DNA of 61,278 nt, filler included, from an uncultured bacterium (GTDB lineage: Bacteria; CAYJOG01), in assembly GCA_964371695.1 (NCBI GenBank). It is 9 parts of 9 records of this genome, joined end to end, with 100 filler letters (N's around TTAATTAATTAA, not from the genome) between each part and the next. Parts side by side here need not be neighbours in the genome. Positions count along the whole stretch, not along the records: positions 27,440 to 34,140 come from CAYJOG010000165.1; positions 34,241 to 40,941 come from CAYJOG010000166.1; 7 more parts are not named here. One strand, given 5' to 3'. Shown piece after piece: positions 30,219 to 39,190 of this stretch; the first letter of the stretch is position 1; the number at the start of each line of letters is the position of its first letter. Below the pieces are notes generated by a model. That model was given only the letters and a program-made list of their open reading frames with translations, was not told the origin of the DNA and ran no database searches. The position numbers were made by a program, and so were the translations under genes.

Positions 30219-30223
30219 CAGAG

Positions 30224-30261
30224 CCTGTTTATAAACGAATGAAGATTCGTTTACAAACAGG
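30224..30261. repeat. 17-bp inverted repeat immediately upstream of dnaG
   Basis: CCTGTTTATAAACGAAT-GAAG-ATTCGTTTACAAACAGG (1 mismatch). AGAGCCTGTTTATAAA recurs inverted at 34254-34269. Confidence 0.7.
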
Positions 30262-30355
30262 ATCAGCGGTCATGGATGACCGCAATCGAAAACCGGAGCT
30301 TTGAAAAAGCACAGGTTTTCGCCACGCCAAGGGGGTTTGCCCCCGAAGGCGTTGG

Positions 30356-30386
30356 GTTTTAAAAGTCCACGACGGACTTTTAAAAC
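30356..30386. repeat. Perfect 13-bp hairpin after the rseP stop (terminator or repeat end)
   Basis: GTTTTAAAAGTCC-ACGAC-GGACTTTTAAAAC. Confidence 0.65.
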
Positions 30387-30391
30387 AGATT

Positions 30392-31732
30392 TCAGAAAAG
30401 GAGGTTACGGAAGTCCTGCACCGACACCAGCAGAATCAGCCCCACCAAAAGCAGAAACCCGGCGGTGTGCAGGCGGGCCTCCCAGATGGGGTTCATGCGG
30501 CGGCGGATGAGGCTTTCGATCACCACCACGCTGATGCGCCCGCCATCCAGCGCGGGCACGGGCAACAGGTTGAAAAACCCGATGGCGAAGTTCAGCAGGG
30601 CGCTGATCCAGAGCACTTCATAAAGACCCGACCGGGCGCTCTGGGCCACCTGACCCAGAATGGCCACCGGCCCGCCGATGTCCTGTGTGCGGCCCTGAAA
30701 AATGCTGGCAATGCCCTGAAACTGCATGACAAACAGCCGCACTGGCCAGTCCATGGCCGAGCGCACCGCCGCCGGAAACGGCATGGGCTGATATTGCTGC
30801 GCCGTGAGAAACGCGGGCTTGAGATAGTCTTTGTTCACCCGCTCAAACAGGGGCAACACGGCCACCTGCTGCGCGCCGCCCTGGTCGCGGTAAACGATGC
30901 GGGCTGGTTTATCTTTAAAAGAAAAAGGCGCAGTGGCCATGAAGGCAGAGAACTGAAGGTCGGTCTTGAAGGACACGCCGTTGACGGAGGTGATGGTGTC
31001 ACCGGCCTGCAGGCTATCTTCTTCGCCTTTATAAAACACGGCCTTGACGGTGCGGCCCATCACCTGCTGGGGCATGACATGGGCCTGAATGCGAAACTGG
31101 CCGGTTTTAGTATCTTTTTCCGGCTCAATGCGCACCACGCGGCGAGAGGCATCGGCGGGCCGCAGCACCCTCAGTTTCAGTGGCTGGCCCCCGCTTTCCT
31201 GAACCTGAGATACGAATTCCATGACGGTGGTGACCTCTTTGCCGTTCAGGGCCAGCACCAGATCGCCGTCTTTCAGCCCTGCCCTGGCAGATGGCCCATG
31301 GGGAATGGGGCTTAAGGACACCATCTGTTTTTCTTTGCCCAACAGGGAAAAAATGCCCACCGCCAGCAGAAAGCCCAGCACGAGGTTGAAAAACGGCCCG
31401 CCAAACAGAATGGCGAAACGCACCAGACCGTTCTGGCGGTTGAACCCCTTGGGGTGGTCAAAATCCTCTTCTTCGGGATTCATGCCGATGATGCGGCAAT
31501 AGCCCCCCAGGGGAACCAGATTGATGCGGTACAAGGTTTCGCCCTTGCGCCACTGAATCAGCTTTTTGCCAAAACCAATGGCGTATTCCTCTACCGGCAC
31601 CTTGCACAGCCGGGCCGCGAGAAAATGACCGTATTCATGCACGGCGATGAGCACGCCAAACACCACAATGGCCACCAGCGCCGGAAAACCCACGGTCTGA
31701 ATTTTGTAGAGGAGGTTTTCCAGCAGCACCAC
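30392..31732 (-). CDS. rseP: RIP metalloprotease RseP (M50, PDZ)
   Basis: HEYGH, PLGGYCRI, GGPFFN, PDZ segments, NLLPVPALDGG. Confidence 0.93.
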   Translation of the reverse strand: MVLLENLLYKIQTVGFPALVAIVVFGVLIAVHEYGHFLAARLCKVPVEEYAIGFGKKLIQWRKGETLYRINLVPLGGYCRIIGMNPEEEDFDHPKGFNRQNGLVRFAILFGGPFFNLVLGFLLAVGIFSLLGKEKQMVSLSPIPHGPSARAGLKDGDLVLALNGKEVTTVMEFVSQVQESGGQPLKLRVLRPADASRRVVRIEPEKDTKTGQFRIQAHVMPQQVMGRTVKAVFYKGEEDSLQAGDTITSVNGVSFKTDLQFSAFMATAPFSFKDKPARIVYRDQGGAQQVAVLPLFERVNKDYLKPAFLTAQQYQPMPFPAAVRSAMDWPVRLFVMQFQGIASIFQGRTQDIGGPVAILGQVAQSARSGLYEVLWISALLNFAIGFFNLLPVPALDGGRISVVVIESLIRRRMNPIWEARLHTAGFLLLVGLILLVSVQDFRNLLF

Positions 31733-31798
31733 GCCTGAAAAATAGTGGCCGGGGAGGGTTTTCACAAGGTCATGGGCTGAAAATGTTGAATTCAGCCC

Positions 31799-32503
31799 TC
31801 AATCCCCCGTCAACATCTCTCTGGGCAGAACCAGCCTGTACCCCACCCCCGGCTCGGTCTGTATCAGGGCCGGGCCTCCGGCGTCTTCGATTTTTTTGCG
31901 CAGCGACCCGATATAAACCCGCAGGTAATGGGTTTCCTCGACACAGGCGGGACCCCAGATTTCCCTGAGCATCTGCCGGTGGGTCATGACTTTTCCGGCG
32001 TGGCTGGCCAGCAGTTTGAGCAGGGCGTATTCGGTGGTGGTGAGCTTCAGCGGTTTTTCCTGCACCAGCACCAATCGGTGCTCCAAGTCCAGCGTGAGTG
32101 CGCCAAACTGCAAAACGGGCGAGGCGTCATGGGGCCGGGCGTGACGCAGTGCGGCGCGGATGCGGGCCATCAGCTCCGCCATGCCAAAGGGTTTGGTGAC
32201 GTAATCATCCGCCCCCAAATCCAGGGCTTTCACTTTTTCTCCCTCGGCCTGTTCGGCGGTGAGCACCAGAATAGGCACGGTGCTGAACTCCCTGATTTTC
32301 TGCAAAACCTCCAGACCGCTCTGATCGGGCAGCCCCAGGTCCAGCAAAATGAGGTCGGGTTTTTGCAGACTGTTTTTCAGCAGCCCTTCGCGGCCGTCGG
32401 CGGCTTCTTCCACCCTGTAACCCGCAGCCCCCAGGGTGGTGCGCAACATGCGGCGCATGGAAAGCTCGTCATCCACCACCAGCAGGCAGGCGCCCTCGCT
32501 CAT
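31799..32503 (-). CDS. kdpE: Response regulator KdpE
   Basis: LLDLGLPDQSG, ALDLGADDYVTKPF, HYLRVYIGSLRKKIE, TEPGVGYR; ATGA overlap with kdpD. Confidence 0.92.
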   Translation of the reverse strand: MSEGACLLVVDDELSMRRMLRTTLGAAGYRVEEAADGREGLLKNSLQKPDLILLDLGLPDQSGLEVLQKIREFSTVPILVLTAEQAEGEKVKALDLGADDYVTKPFGMAELMARIRAALRHARPHDASPVLQFGALTLDLEHRLVLVQEKPLKLTTTEYALLKLLASHAGKVMTHRQMLREIWGPACVEETHYLRVYIGSLRKKIEDAGGPALIQTEPGVGYRLVLPREMLTGD

Positions 32504-34140
32504 GCCGGGTCTTCTTTTGGCGGCGGGGGCATGGGATGTCGGGGAAACCGCAGGTGATACACCAGACCTTCGCCGGGCGCGCTGCTGGCGGAGATAGCCC
32601 CGCCGTGGGCTTCCACCAGTCCCCGCGTAATGGGCAAGCCCAGGCCGGCCCCGCCCGGCGCACTGCCGGGCAGGCGATAAAACTTCTCGAACAACCTGGG
32701 CAGGATTTCCGGCGGCACGCCGGGGCCGTTGTCGCCCACCACCAACAGCCATTCCTTGTCGGTGGTCTCGGCCTTCGCAAAAATCCGGGTTTCTTTGGGT
32801 GTGTACAGACAGGCGTTGTGCACCAGATTCACCAGGGCCTGTTCCAGCAGCACGGCGTCCACCTTCACCAGGGGGAAATCTTCTGGAATGGAGATTTCAA
32901 TCCGCCGACCCCTCAATTCGCCTTTCAGGCGTTCCTGAACACCATTCAGGATGTCCGAAAGCGCGCACCAGTCCAGACGGGCCTGAAGATAACCCGATTC
33001 CAGACGGGTCATGTCCAGCAGATTTTCCACCAGCCGGTGCAGGCGCTCCGCCCCTTCTTCGATTTCTTCTTCCAACGCCTGACGGGCGGCGGGATTGCCG
33101 CGCACGCTCTCTTCACCCAGACCCGAAACCGCCCCCTGAATGGCCGCCAGAGGCGTGCGCAATTCGTGAGAAATAGCGCTGAGCAGGGTTTTGTAAAGGC
33201 GTTGGCTTTCTTCAGCCATGCGGCCTTTTTCCTGCGCGCTCACCAGCTTGGCCCGCTCGATGGCCAGCGCCAACTGGCCCGACAAGGCCTCCATCAGATT
33301 TTTCTGGTCATAGGCCAGGGCTTCGCGGTTTTCCAGAAACAACCCGGCCACACCCAGGGATTCCCCATGCACCAGCAATGGTGCGTAATATCCCTCCGAC
33401 GCTGGCAAAGCGCCGGTGCCCCTGCCCGCCACCTGCCTGTGCTCGTGGCACCACACGGCCACGCTGAGTTCCTTTTCGCTGGGAAAAATGGTGCTGGCTG
33501 GGTGCGGCTCGGCGCTCAGGTGGCCATTGGGGGTGGCCAGAAAAAAACACACATCGGCTTTCAGGCTTTCTTTCAGCCGCGTGCCGACACGTTTGAGCAG
33601 GTCATCGGCGCCCAGGGCCTCGGCCATGTCGCGGGTGAACTGATACAACGCCCCGGTGTGTTCTTCCTGCGCCCGCAGCAGCCGTTGACCAGCCCGTAGC
33701 TTGGCCGTGATGCCCCCCGCCAGCATGGCCACGACAAAAAAGAGGCCGAACATGAGTTTGTCTTCAAGTCTGGCGACAAAAAACGTGTACTTGGGCGGAA
33801 TGAACAGAAAGTTCCAGCACAGGGCGCTCAGGATGGCTGCGAGCCAAACCGGCCCCCGACCCGTGCGGGTGGCCACCACCAGCACCCCCACCAGATAAAC
33901 CAGCGCCACCGACCAATAACCGGCGTGGGGCGCAAGTCCCATGCTGCCCAGGGTCACCCCCGCCACCACCAGTGCGGCAAATGCTGTTTCGGGCAGCGGA
34001 GGAAGCCGGAAGTTTTTTGCGGCGGCTTCGGTTTTGTCTCCGGGAGCAGGGTCGCCCTGCACCAGATACAGGTCCATGTCCTCGGCTTCCCGCACCAAAT
34101 GCTGCACCGATAAACCCCGATACATTAGGCAGGAAAGAAA
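32500..34140 (-). CDS. kdpD: Sensor histidine kinase KdpD (5' truncated)
   Basis: DUF4118 transmembrane region with NFLFIPPKYTF, GAF with AGRGTGALP, SHELRTPL, NLVHNA, DNGPG, GAGLGL. Confidence 0.92.
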   Translation of the reverse strand, partial: FLSCLMYRGLSVQHLVREAEDMDLYLVQGDPAPGDKTEAAAKNFRLPPLPETAFAALVVAGVTLGSMGLAPHAGYWSVALVYLVGVLVVATRTGRGPVWLAAILSALCWNFLFIPPKYTFFVARLEDKLMFGLFFVVAMLAGGITAKLRAGQRLLRAQEEHTGALYQFTRDMAEALGADDLLKRVGTRLKESLKADVCFFLATPNGHLSAEPHPASTIFPSEKELSVAVWCHEHRQVAGRGTGALPASEGYYAPLLVHGESLGVAGLFLENREALAYDQKNLMEALSGQLALAIERAKLVSAQEKGRMAEESQRLYKTLLSAISHELRTPLAAIQGAVSGLGEESVRGNPAARQALEEEIEEGAERLHRLVENLLDMTRLESGYLQARLDWCALSDILNGVQERLKGELRGRRIEISIPEDFPLVKVDAVLLEQALVNLVHNACLYTPKETRIFAKAETTDKEWLLVVGDNGPGVPPEILPRLFEKFYRLPGSAPGGAGLGLPITRGLVEAHGGAISASSAPGEGLVYHLRFPRHPMPPPPKEDPA

Positions 34141-34240
34141 NNNNNNNNNNNNNNNNNNNNNNNNNNNNNNNNNNNNNNNNNNNNTTAATTAATTAANNNN
34201 NNNNNNNNNNNNNNNNNNNNNNNNNNNNNNNNNNNNNNNN
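34141..34240. other. Artificial contig spacer
   Basis: N44-TTAATTAATTAA-N44. Confidence 0.98.
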
Positions 34241-34325
34241 GTCCAGGAGGGACTTTATAAACAGGCTCTTAGAGGCTGGTGGCTGGAAAAAGAAAAGACG
34301 CCATCCCGCCAGCATTGTCTCCCGG

Positions 34326-34353
34326 CGTCATTCCCGCGAAAGCGGGAATCCAG
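34326..34353 (+). repeat. CGTC-tagged palindromic repeat (dRS3-like ATTCCC-N8-GGGAAT)
   Basis: CGTCATTCCCGCGAAAGCGGGAATCCAG; other copies at 26271-26297 (reverse) and 36585-36612. Confidence 0.85.
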
Positions 34354-34424
34354 TCAAACAAAGGCAAAAAACTTTTTTCTTTCCAAGGCGGGGGGGATGC
34401 CTATGGCTACTCGCGCCACCCAAC

Positions 34425-34452
34425 AAAAAACCCCCGCTTCTGGCGGGGGTTT
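34425..34452 (-). terminator. Rho-independent terminator of carD
   Basis: CCCCCGC/GCGGGGG stem followed by T6 on the minus strand, about 27 nt after the carD stop. Confidence 0.75.
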
Positions 34453-34478
34453 CCGTTTAAAAACTGACAAAAAGCCGC

Positions 34479-35018
34479 TTAGTGGGCGGTGGCCAGGGCG
34501 GCTTGGCGAGCGCCACGGGTGGCGATGGCCGGCATTTCTTCGTTCAAAAGGGCCTGATCGATGAGTTTTTCGGCCTGCTCGGTTTTGATGTTCTTGGCGT
34601 AAACCAGCTCACCCACCAGAATGTTGCGCACGTCGTAATACATTTTCTTTTCGATGCTGGAGAGGTTTTTCTCCTGTCGGCGCTGCTCCAGGTTTTTGAG
34701 CACCGAGGCCGCCTCCATGATGTCCCCGCTCTTGAGTTTTTCCAGGTTGATCTTGTAACGGCGGTTCCAGTTGCTGGGCAGGTCATCGGCCTTTTGGGCG
34801 AGAATGCCAAAAATTTCTTCCACTTTGTCTTCTTCGTGAATCTTCCTCAGACCGATGGCTTCCCCTTTGTCGACGGGCACCAGAATGCGGATGTTCTTCA
34901 TGAGGATGTTGAGCGCGTAGAAACTTTGCTGTTCGCCCAACACTTCCTTTGATTCGATCCGCTCGATGTATCCGACGCCGTGCATGGGGTGGGCGACTTT
35001 CATGCCAACTTTGAACAT
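34479..35018 (-). CDS. carD: CarD family RNA-polymerase-binding transcription factor
   Basis: MFKVGMKVAHPMHGVGYIERIE, VPV...IGLR, NWNRRYKINLEKLKSGD, LSSIEKKM; AAGGAGG RBS. Confidence 0.92.
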   Translation of the reverse strand: MFKVGMKVAHPMHGVGYIERIESKEVLGEQQSFYALNILMKNIRILVPVDKGEAIGLRKIHEEDKVEEIFGILAQKADDLPSNWNRRYKINLEKLKSGDIMEAASVLKNLEQRRQEKNLSSIEKKMYYDVRNILVGELVYAKNIKTEQAEKLIDQALLNEEMPAIATRGARQAALATAH

Positions 35019-35267
35019 AGGCAGTGGTAACCTCCTTGGGAGTTTCAGCTAACCAAGGGAGCAGTTTAGCACAGATTAAGCCCCTGCGCCACCGGATATG
35101 CGGATTCCCTTGGATTTGTCAGATTTTTGAGTAACCCAGGCCAAGTTTTAGCTTCGCATAATCATGCTAAAAAGCGGTCCCAAGGGGGACAATGCAACAC
35201 TTTTGACAGGCTTCTTAATTCATCGCTGCTGGCTTTTCGCGCTGAATGACCGCTGGGGGAAGTCCGT

Positions 35268-35873
35268 TTAACCCGCGTCTGTGCCTGCGTCGTGCCTGGG
35301 CGCAGGCTCATCGCTGGCGGCGGCCTCTGCGGGAGGGGGATTCAGACAGTGATCCGGTGTATCGCCCTGGTCCAGAGCCTCTTTATAAGCCAGGCAATAA
35401 AAATATTTTTTGGCGCCGTCGTGAATGGCCAGGGCGGCTTTTTCGCCCTTTTTGATTTCGTTTTCGCCACAGCCCGCGCACAACACGGGTTTGGCCACGG
35501 CCATTTCCTGCCAGCCCAGAATTTCTTCGGGACGCAGGCCGTGGCGATGTTTTTCGATCAGGCGGCCCGTGAGCAGGCTGGGGGCCCCCAGGGCGGTTTC
35601 CACCACGCCCGCCACGCGGGTCATGTCCTCAGAGAACTGTTCTGCGATCTCTTTGCCGCCCCGCACCCAGGCTTCCAGGTCGTGCAGGCGTTGCTCCAGC
35701 ATGGAGCGCACCAGTTGTGACACGGGAATCTTCAGTTCATCGGCCTGACGCTGGATGAGGTCATCCAGTTGGCCGCTGACGCGCACGTGCAGGATTTTGT
35801 CTTTTTTAGGTCTCACGCGAAGCCGCCGAAACGACGAAGGAGTGTTCTCGGCTGGCACATTGTGAAGGCTCAT
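35268..35873 (-). CDS. Putative ribbon-helix-helix regulator with C-terminal Zn-ribbon-like domain
   Basis: KDKILHVRVSGQLDDLIQRQADELKIPVSQLVRSMLE (beta-helix-helix pattern); later LGWQE...CAGC...YCLAY. Confidence 0.65.
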   Translation of the reverse strand: MSLHNVPAENTPSSFRRLRVRPKKDKILHVRVSGQLDDLIQRQADELKIPVSQLVRSMLEQRLHDLEAWVRGGKEIAEQFSEDMTRVAGVVETALGAPSLLTGRLIEKHRHGLRPEEILGWQEMAVAKPVLCAGCGENEIKKGEKAALAIHDGAKKYFYCLAYKEALDQGDTPDHCLNPPPAEAAASDEPAPRHDAGTDAG

Positions 35874-35918
35874 GGGGTTGGGTTCCAGAAGATTTAGGGG
35901 GAATCAAGGCGTTTTTTG

Positions 35919-35951
35919 AAAAAACCGGGCGGAGTGTCCCGCCCGGTTTTC
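35919..35951. terminator. Bidirectional intrinsic terminator after the phasin-like gene
   Basis: A6-CCGGGCGG-AGTGTC-CCGCCCGG-T4. Confidence 0.8.
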
Positions 35952-35963
35952 AGGCCAAATGAA

Positions 35964-36389
35964 TTAACTGGCTTTTTTGGAAGTGCTTTTGCGGGCCTTG
36001 CCGGCCGGTTTGCGGGCGGCGGGCTTGGCGGCGGCTTTTTTGCGGGCCGGGGCTTTCTTTTTGGGGGCAGCGGTTTCCACCACCACCACGTCGGCTTCGG
36101 GCAGCACGTCCAGAATGCGGCTCACGAGGTCTTTGATGGCCTCGGCAATGTTGCCGCCCAGCTTGGTCTGGGCTTCCAGCACGTCTTCAAACAGCTTGCT
36201 CATGCGTTCGCCCATTTCCACGTCTTTCAGGCGCTCGTTCAGGTCGGCGGTGATTTCTTCGTGCTTTTCCACCACTTTGTCCACCTGCTGGGTCAGTTCG
36301 TCCAGAATTTCCCGCACACGCTGGCGGGATTTCTCAACGGTCTCCTCCAGGTTCAGATTTTGTTTGGCGTTCTCAAGAAGCGTGCTCAT
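35964..36389 (-). CDS. Phasin/HBHA-like amphipathic coiled-coil protein with histone-like lysine-rich tail (141 aa)
   Basis: AGGAGG RBS before ATG 36389; acidic helical body with no Trp, Cys or Tyr; tail AAPKKKAPARKKAAAKPAARKPAGKARK. Confidence 0.65.
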   Translation of the reverse strand: MSTLLENAKQNLNLEETVEKSRQRVREILDELTQQVDKVVEKHEEITADLNERLKDVEMGERMSKLFEDVLEAQTKLGGNIAEAIKDLVSRILDVLPEADVVVVETAAPKKKAPARKKAAAKPAARKPAGKARKSTSKKAS

Positions 36390-36412
36390 GGCTTGGCTCC
36401 TCCTGTTGATTG

Positions 36413-36490
36413 GTGTGACGCTTGTCTCACGTCCGAGGCGAATGTAACACGCCAGAAAGTGTGTGTCAAGAGGGTGAGGCAATGTGTGAC
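36413..36490 (-). promoter_or_regulatory. Near-consensus sigma70 promoter with flanking putative operator
   Basis: Minus strand TTGACA (36469-36464)-17 nt-TGtTACATT (36446-36441); palindrome GTGTGAC-GCTT-GTCTCAC at 36413-36430; further GTGTGAC at 36484-36490. Confidence 0.75.
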
Positions 36491-36584
36491 AACCGGATGG
36501 AATAAAGTCAGGAGGAAGTTGGAAGAGGGTAAGCGGGCGTTGGTGGCAGGAAGCCGGAAAAAGACAAAAACTCACTGCTTCTGC

Positions 36585-36728
36585 CGTCATTACCGCGAAA
36601 GCGGGAATCCAGTCGAAACAAAAGAGATATTCCTTTTTCTTTTGGTGGAGCAGGCATCTTGCCTGCTTGAAAAAAAGAGGTTGTTTCACCTTTGTTTTTC
36701 TGCCACAGGCGGGACGCCCGTGGCTACT
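36585..36728. repeat. Repeat cluster (CGTC repeat, GTGG REP, GTAG REP)
   Basis: CGTCATTACCGCGAAAGCGGGAATCCAG; GTGGAGCAGGCATCTTGCCTGCT; reverse-strand GTAGCCACGGGCGTCCCGCCTGTGGC. Confidence 0.75.
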
Positions 36729-36764
36729 GCGAAGGGTGTCCCCACCGCTGACAGCCGCGCAACC

Positions 36765-38186
36765 TCACTCCCCCACAACAACGGGCGGGAACAAGCGCTT
36801 TGACAAATCCGCCGCCAGGGCCGTGTCCCACTCCATCAGGCGGGTGAGGGTTTTCAGCGCCTCGGCCCGTTTGCCCTGGGCCAGCCACACCACCGCAAGA
36901 TGATGCACTGGCACGGCGCTGGTGGGTTCCAGCTCTGCGGCGCGCTGACAGTTTTCCCCGGCCTCGGCCAGGCGGTTCAGCCCCAGCAGACTTTTGCAGA
37001 ACATGAGGTGAATCACGGCAGGAAACAGTGTGTCGGGCCGGTGGGCCAGGGCACTTTGCAGCGCGGCGAGGCTCTCGGCATAAAGCTCGCGGCTCAGAAA
37101 ATGATTGGCCAGATGATAAAAAGCCCAGCCGTGGGCGGGGTCCAGCGCTGCGGTGGTTTTGAGTTTTTCAAACGCTTCGTCGTTCTGACCCAGGCCCTGC
37201 AACGCCATGGCCCACGAAAAAAACACGCGGGGATTTTTGGGGGCCAGCGCCGCCGCCCTGCCGAACAGGGCCGCCGCACCGGCAAAATCCTGCGCAAAAA
37301 CCAGACACCGCCCCAGTTGTATCAGCGCTGCCACGTGGGCGGGGTCTTTTTTCAGCGCCGCCTCAAAAAACGGCCGGGCCAGAGCAGCCCGCTTGCGGTT
37401 TTTGTCGGTGGTGGGCACCAGTTGTTCGGGCAAGAGCGAAATCCCCTGCTGATACAAACCGTCTGCCGTATCTGCTGCGCCGGGCCGGGACTGACCGGGC
37501 CAGGGGGCCAGGGCCCCGGCGACCGCTCCATCACGCCGGGGCAGGTTCACCAGAGGAATGGCGAAGTTGAGGTTCTGCCCGCCCTCCTGCACCAGCGTGG
37601 CCACGCCCAGCACATCGGCCCGGCGGTTGAGCACCGGGCTGCCGCTGGAACCCGGAGAAATGGGCGCGGTGATCTGCACCACCTGCCCCACACCGGGCAA
37701 CTGCCTGAGCGCCGAGACAATGCCGTCGCTCACCGTGTGGGCATAACCCCTGGGGCTGCCCACCACCACCACCGGCTCACCGGGGTCGGGTGGCTTGCGG
37801 GCCACCTTCAGCCACACCGTGGCCGAAACATCCGTCGCCGCCAAGGCGATGTCCCGTGATTCGTCCAGACCCTTCAGGCCCGTGAGGTTGGCGGTTTTGC
37901 CAGTGCTGGTGATGAGCCGGGCGTGATGCACACCCTCCAGCACGTGCAGGTTGGTGAGCACGTCGCCATGGCGGTTGACAAAAAATCCTGTCCCCTGCCC
38001 CATCTGCGCACCGGCGGCGTCAAAGGTCACCAGCGTGACCACGGCGGGCGACACCTTTTTCGCCAGACGCGACCAGTCCGCCGCCTGCGCCCGCCCCGCC
38101 ACACACAACCCCAAAACACAACAAACCCCCAGCCACACCCACACAGGCGCGACCCGTCTCACGGCGGCCACGCCAGTTGTGTCCAC
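36765..38186 (-). CDS. Trypsin-like serine protease with C-terminal TPR repeats
   Basis: GTGFFV, LTNLHV, DIAL, VSDGIVSA, QITAPISPGSSGSP, QNLNFAIP, then TPRs; signal peptide. Confidence 0.9.
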   Translation of the reverse strand: MDTTGVAAVRRVAPVWVWLGVCCVLGLCVAGRAQAADWSRLAKKVSPAVVTLVTFDAAGAQMGQGTGFFVNRHGDVLTNLHVLEGVHHARLITSTGKTANLTGLKGLDESRDIALAATDVSATVWLKVARKPPDPGEPVVVVGSPRGYAHTVSDGIVSALRQLPGVGQVVQITAPISPGSSGSPVLNRRADVLGVATLVQEGGQNLNFAIPLVNLPRRDGAVAGALAPWPGQSRPGAADTADGLYQQGISLLPEQLVPTTDKNRKRAALARPFFEAALKKDPAHVAALIQLGRCLVFAQDFAGAAALFGRAAALAPKNPRVFFSWAMALQGLGQNDEAFEKLKTTAALDPAHGWAFYHLANHFLSRELYAESLAALQSALAHRPDTLFPAVIHLMFCKSLLGLNRLAEAGENCQRAAELEPTSAVPVHHLAVVWLAQGKRAEALKTLTRLMEWDTALAADLSKRLFPPVVVGE

Positions 38187-39190
38187 ACGGCCAAGTGATC
38201 ACTCAGCGCCTCGCACCACTGGGGCGGACAAACGCCGCTCTCTACCACGCTCAGGTGCTTCATAAAAATGAGGTCAATCACACCACGCACGCCATAGGCC
38301 CGGTTGGTGGTGCCCCGTTTGTTTTTGGCCAGTGCGGCGTGGGCGTCGGCAAAGCCGGCCCCCAGAAAAACCGGCACGGTGGTGTCGCGACGAGACTTGC
38401 TCATCACGTCCATCACCATATACAACGTGTTCATGTCGCCCCCCACCACCACGGGGCCGGCGATGCTGGCGGCGTCGGCCACCACCTCCATGGCCTGGGC
38501 CTGACGCAGGGGTTCGTGTTTGGCGTCGCTCTCGAAATGCACGGCGTAAACCCGCAGCGGCCCCTTGGGGGTTTTCAGGTCCGCCGCCACCACCACGTTG
38601 CCCCCCAGGCGCGGCTCGGTGGAATGATGAAACCAGTCGTTGGCCTTGGCATGGCGCAGTTGCCGTGCGCCGGAGATGGGGAACCGGCTGAGCACCGCGT
38701 TGCCGTGTTCGCAGGGAGAAGAAATGTCGTTCACCGCCTTGCGGGGCGGCCGGGGCAGCTCCACATATTCCACGGCAAAAGCCCAGTGCATGTTCAGCGC
38801 CCTGGCCATTTCCCGCGCCACGTGTACATAACCGGTGCGCGAACAGCCCCGGTCGGCCTCACCCAGCAAAATCACCTGGGCCTGACTGAAGGGCGGCTGT
38901 GTCTGGAGCAATTGGATCTGCTCCTTCAGCTTCATGCCCCGCTCGATATTCCAGGCCACCACCGTGAGAGGTTCGGCAGAGGCCGCCGCCGCATCCCTGG
39001 CCGCGCTGCCGGTTTCTATCTGGCAGTCGGGGTGAATTTTGTCGGGCACTTTTTCCGGCGCGTCGCTATGCGCGCAGAGGCGATCAACTTTTGGATCCAG
39101 CTCTTGGGCAGAGAGAACGCCGCAACCCGAAAGACCCGCCAGTAGCCAGAACATCAAGCCGATTCTGGTGCAGCGTACTGGCCCCATCAC
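38159..39190 (-). CDS. Endonuclease/exonuclease/phosphatase-family lipoprotein
   Basis: Lipobox LSGC, WNIERG, GEADRG, HGNAVLSRFPI, GGDMNT, IDLIF, SDHLAV. Start taken at the GTGA overlap with the upstream stop. Confidence 0.85.
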   Translation of the reverse strand: MMGPVRCTRIGLMFWLLAGLSGCGVLSAQELDPKVDRLCAHSDAPEKVPDKIHPDCQIETGSAARDAAAASAEPLTVVAWNIERGMKLKEQIQLLQTQPPFSQAQVILLGEADRGCSRTGYVHVAREMARALNMHWAFAVEYVELPRPPRKAVNDISSPCEHGNAVLSRFPISGARQLRHAKANDWFHHSTEPRLGGNVVVAADLKTPKGPLRVYAVHFESDAKHEPLRQAQAMEVVADAASIAGPVVVGGDMNTLYMVMDVMSKSRRDTTVPVFLGAGFADAHAALAKNKRGTTNRAYGVRGVIDLIFMKHLSVVESGVCPPQWCEALSDHLAVWTQLAWPP

